From an uncultured bacterium (lineage in GTDB: Bacteria; Acidobacteriota; Thermoanaerobaculia; Multivoradales; JAHZIX01), in contig CBDUPA010000005.1 of NCBI GenBank assembly GCA_965368975.1, forward strand, positions 96,001 through 160,000: DNA of 64,000 nucleotides, written 5' to 3'. How positions within the stretch are numbered: position 1 is the first letter of the stretch; each line of letters starts with the position of its first letter. A model generated the notes under the pieces. It was not told the origin of the DNA. It did not search any database and saw only the letters and a list, made by a program, of their open reading frames with translations. The translations under genes were made by a program, and so were the position numbers. This document shows positions 62,585 through 64,000 of this stretch, one piece after another.

Positions 62585-64000
62585 CGACCGCCCTCGGCGC
62601 GCATCGGCTGCTGGCGCTGGTAGAGGCGCAGGCGGTTGCCGAGGGCGCCAGCGACGTCTTGACGCTCAGCCGCTTGCGCCAGCTCAATGGCGCGGTTGAT
62701 CACCGTGACGGCGTCGTCATAGCGGCCGGCCTCGGCGTAGGCAGCCGCCAGGGTGTCGAGGCAGACGAGGTCGCCACCGCCGGTGATACCGCAGGCGGTC
62801 TCGGCGAGCAGGACGGCGCGTTCGCCGTTGCGGATGGCGTCGTCGGGGTGCGTGGCGTAGGTCCACGCCAAGCTCGACGCCAGCGGTGCCCAGTCGCCGC
62901 GCAGTTCGAGTGCTCGCTCGTAGCTGGCAAGGGCTCCCGGCAATTGGCCTTGCGACGCCAGTACCTTGCCCAGGTTGTAGTGCGCTTCCGGACTGTTGGG
63001 TGCTGCCAAGACGGCGTCTTGCAGCAGGGTCTCGGCATCGTCGAGACGGTCGGCGGCAGCGTAGGCGGTGGCCAGGCGGACGTAGGTGCTGGCATCGTCC
63101 GGTCGCAATTCGATGGCTCTCTGCAGCCAGGTTGCGCCGTCCTCCAGATTGCCAGCCTGCAAGTAGGCCGAGCCTAGATTGAAGGCGGCTTCGCGGTAGT
63201 CGGGGCGTAGCTCCAGGGCTTGCTCGAAGTGTTGCAGGGCCTCGTCGCGCTCCCCGGTCTGCCACAGCGAGGCGGCCAGGTTGTTGTGTGCTTCGGCACT
63301 GCTCGGTTGTTGCTCCAGGCCGGTGCGCAGGAAGGGGACGGCATCGGCCGCCTTGCCTTGTCTTAGCAAGGCGGCGCCGAGGTTGAGATAGGCCTTGGGG
63401 TTGTTACCCTCGTTCAGGCGTAGCGACTCCTGGTACTGCGCCACCGCCTGCTCGAACTGACCACGGTGCGACAGCGCCATGCCGAGGTTGGCGTAGGCGG
63501 AGTCGTTGGGCACCAGCTGGATCGACGTCGAGAGATGACCGATGGCCTCGTTGAGCAGTGCACCGCGTGCGCTGTCGTCAGTGCCTGCGGCCGGTTCAGC
63601 GTCCTGGTACTCGGTGAGCAGCGCGGCTCCCAGGTTGTTATGGGCGCGGGCGTTGTCGGGACGCTTGGTGACGGTGTCGCGCAGGATGGTCAGTGCGCTG
63701 TCGTAGTCGGCGAGGCGCTGCAGCGTGCCGAAGGCCAGAACACCGGCCAGCAGCACCGCGACGCCTGCTGCGACGGGTCGCAAGGCAGCCGCACGTCGAC
63801 GCAGTAGGGCATCGACGCCGAAGACGACGGCCAGCACCAGCGCTGCCAGAGGCAGGTACATGCGACGCTCGGCGGCGACCTCGGTGAGGATCGGCAGCAC
63901 GCTGGAGGTTGGCGCCAGCAGCAGGAAGAAGGCGGCGCCGAAGAACGACCAGGCCTTACCTCGCACCAGCCCCCAGACGCTGAGCGCCAGTAGCACGGTG
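62581..64000 (-). CDS. TMTC-like membrane protein with TPR repeats (5' part outside the window)
   Basis: TM segments with PTSS..AERRMYLP followed by many AHNNLG-type TPRs. Confidence 0.8.
   Translation of the reverse strand, partial: TVLLALSVWGLVRGKAWSFFGAAFFLLLAPTSSVLPILTEVAAERRMYLPLAALVLAVVFGVDALLRRRAAALRPVAAGVAVLLAGVLAFGTLQRLADYDSALTILRDTVTKRPDNARAHNNLGAALLTEYQDAEPAAGTDDSARGALLNEAIGHLSTSIQLVPNDSAYANLGMALSHRGQFEQAVAQYQESLRLNEGNNPKAYLNLGAALLRQGKAADAVPFLRTGLEQQPSSAEAHNNLAASLWQTGERDEALQHFEQALELRPDYREAAFNLGSAYLQAGNLEDGATWLQRAIELRPDDASTYVRLATAYAAADRLDDAETLLQDAVLAAPNSPEAHYNLGKVLASQGQLPGALASYERALELRGDWAPLASSLAWTYATHPDDAIRNGERAVLLAETACGITGGGDLVCLDTLAAAYAEAGRYDDAVTVINRAIELAQAAERQDVAGALGNRLRLYQRQQPMRAEGGR

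Overview
A GC-rich bacterial chromosomal segment. The VWA, sulfatase-TPR, TMTC-like TPR and carboxypeptidase-regulatory-like gene types suggest Acidobacteriota, possibly Thermoanaerobaculia; this is inference only. From left to right: an HD-hydrolase/lipoprotein pair; a selenocysteine tRNA (selC) directly ahead of hrcA-grpE-dnaK-dnaJ-recX-alaS; a small lower-GC insert (membrane protein plus AAA/DUF4143 ATPase); cell-wall genes (murF-alr fusion, prmC, murA, TPR lytic transglycosylase); a membrane-bound ATPase coupled to an MscS channel; two lower-GC modules that each pair a small Cys-rich secreted peptide with a larger secreted partner; a 17-kb aryl-polyene/xanthomonadin-like type II PKS and lipid cluster with two flavin halogenase-like genes but no ketoreductase; a fused two-gene 2-oxoacid:ferredoxin oxidoreductase; a hexaheme membrane cytochrome c; and a complete pgaABCD (PNAG) operon whose PgaB hydrolase domain appears eroded. 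Short tandem micro-duplications recur across the window, and REP-like palindromes occur at three sites. No CRISPR array, rRNA, transposase or integrase was seen. Start codons were refined by eye and no database searches were run.
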